From positions 5,500-69,499 of the forward strand of contig JAAEOA010000015.1 in assembly GCA_024223715.1 (NCBI GenBank): a stretch of 64,000 nucleotides of DNA, given 5' to 3'. The notes beneath the pieces are model-generated. The model saw only the letters and a list, made by a program, of their open reading frames with translations. It did no database searches and was not told the DNA's origin. The position numbers were made by a program, and so were the translations under genes. This DNA is from a bacterium. GTDB taxonomy: Bacteria > Krumholzibacteriota > Krumholzibacteriia > LZORAL124-64-63. The stretch's first letter is position 1, and the number at the start of each line of letters is the position of its first letter. This document shows positions 63,967 to 64,000 of the stretch, in pieces.

Positions 63967-64000
63967 TTGTCTAAAATCAATAGTGTCCGAATTTCATTTT

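Overview
Gene-dense bacterial chromosomal segment with about 48 supportable protein-coding genes on both strands. By eye I found no rRNA, tRNA, CRISPR array, integrase or transposase. All family calls rest on motif recognition only, since no searches could be run.

Content:
- Housekeeping: a partial monomeric icd running off the 5' edge, a DUF1015-serA-serC operon, and recQ.
- Sensory and transport: four large hybrid histidine kinases, one MCP, a TonB-dependent receptor, and MATE, MFS and EamA-type transporters.
- Secreted or lipid-anchored proteins: a nine-heme cytochrome c lipoprotein, a tandem-GT2 glycosyltransferase, an MBOAT plus DltD-like pair, and a roughly 10x Calx-beta lipoprotein coupled to a small predicted beta-barrel.
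- A beta-helix protein and a C25 gingipain-like peptidase share an N(Y/F)PNPFNP...VSWNG...GVY C-terminal domain. That tail and the gene content suggest an uncultured FCB-group-like lineage, which is inference only.

Most interesting loci:
1. 55520-60178: a six-gene, translationally coupled cluster. It combines TRASH/NosL-like CxxCGM periplasmic proteins, a MacB/FtsX-type ABC transporter and a Cys-rich 8-TM membrane protein, with no nos genes nearby.
2. 60378-63864: a stand-alone Clp/Hsp100 D2-only AAA+ ATPase next to a 700-aa cytoplasmic protein carrying a degenerate metzincin motif (HGLGDALGLGH plus a Met-turn-like SFMNDP).
3. 35131-35327: an almost C-free (GGTT)n and heptamer microsatellite tract 5' of the glycosyltransferase gene, a candidate phase-variation or G-quadruplex element.
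4. 7343-11875: a TonB-receptor / YfiR-like / CHASE8-type hybrid kinase triad that looks like a rewired YfiBNR module.
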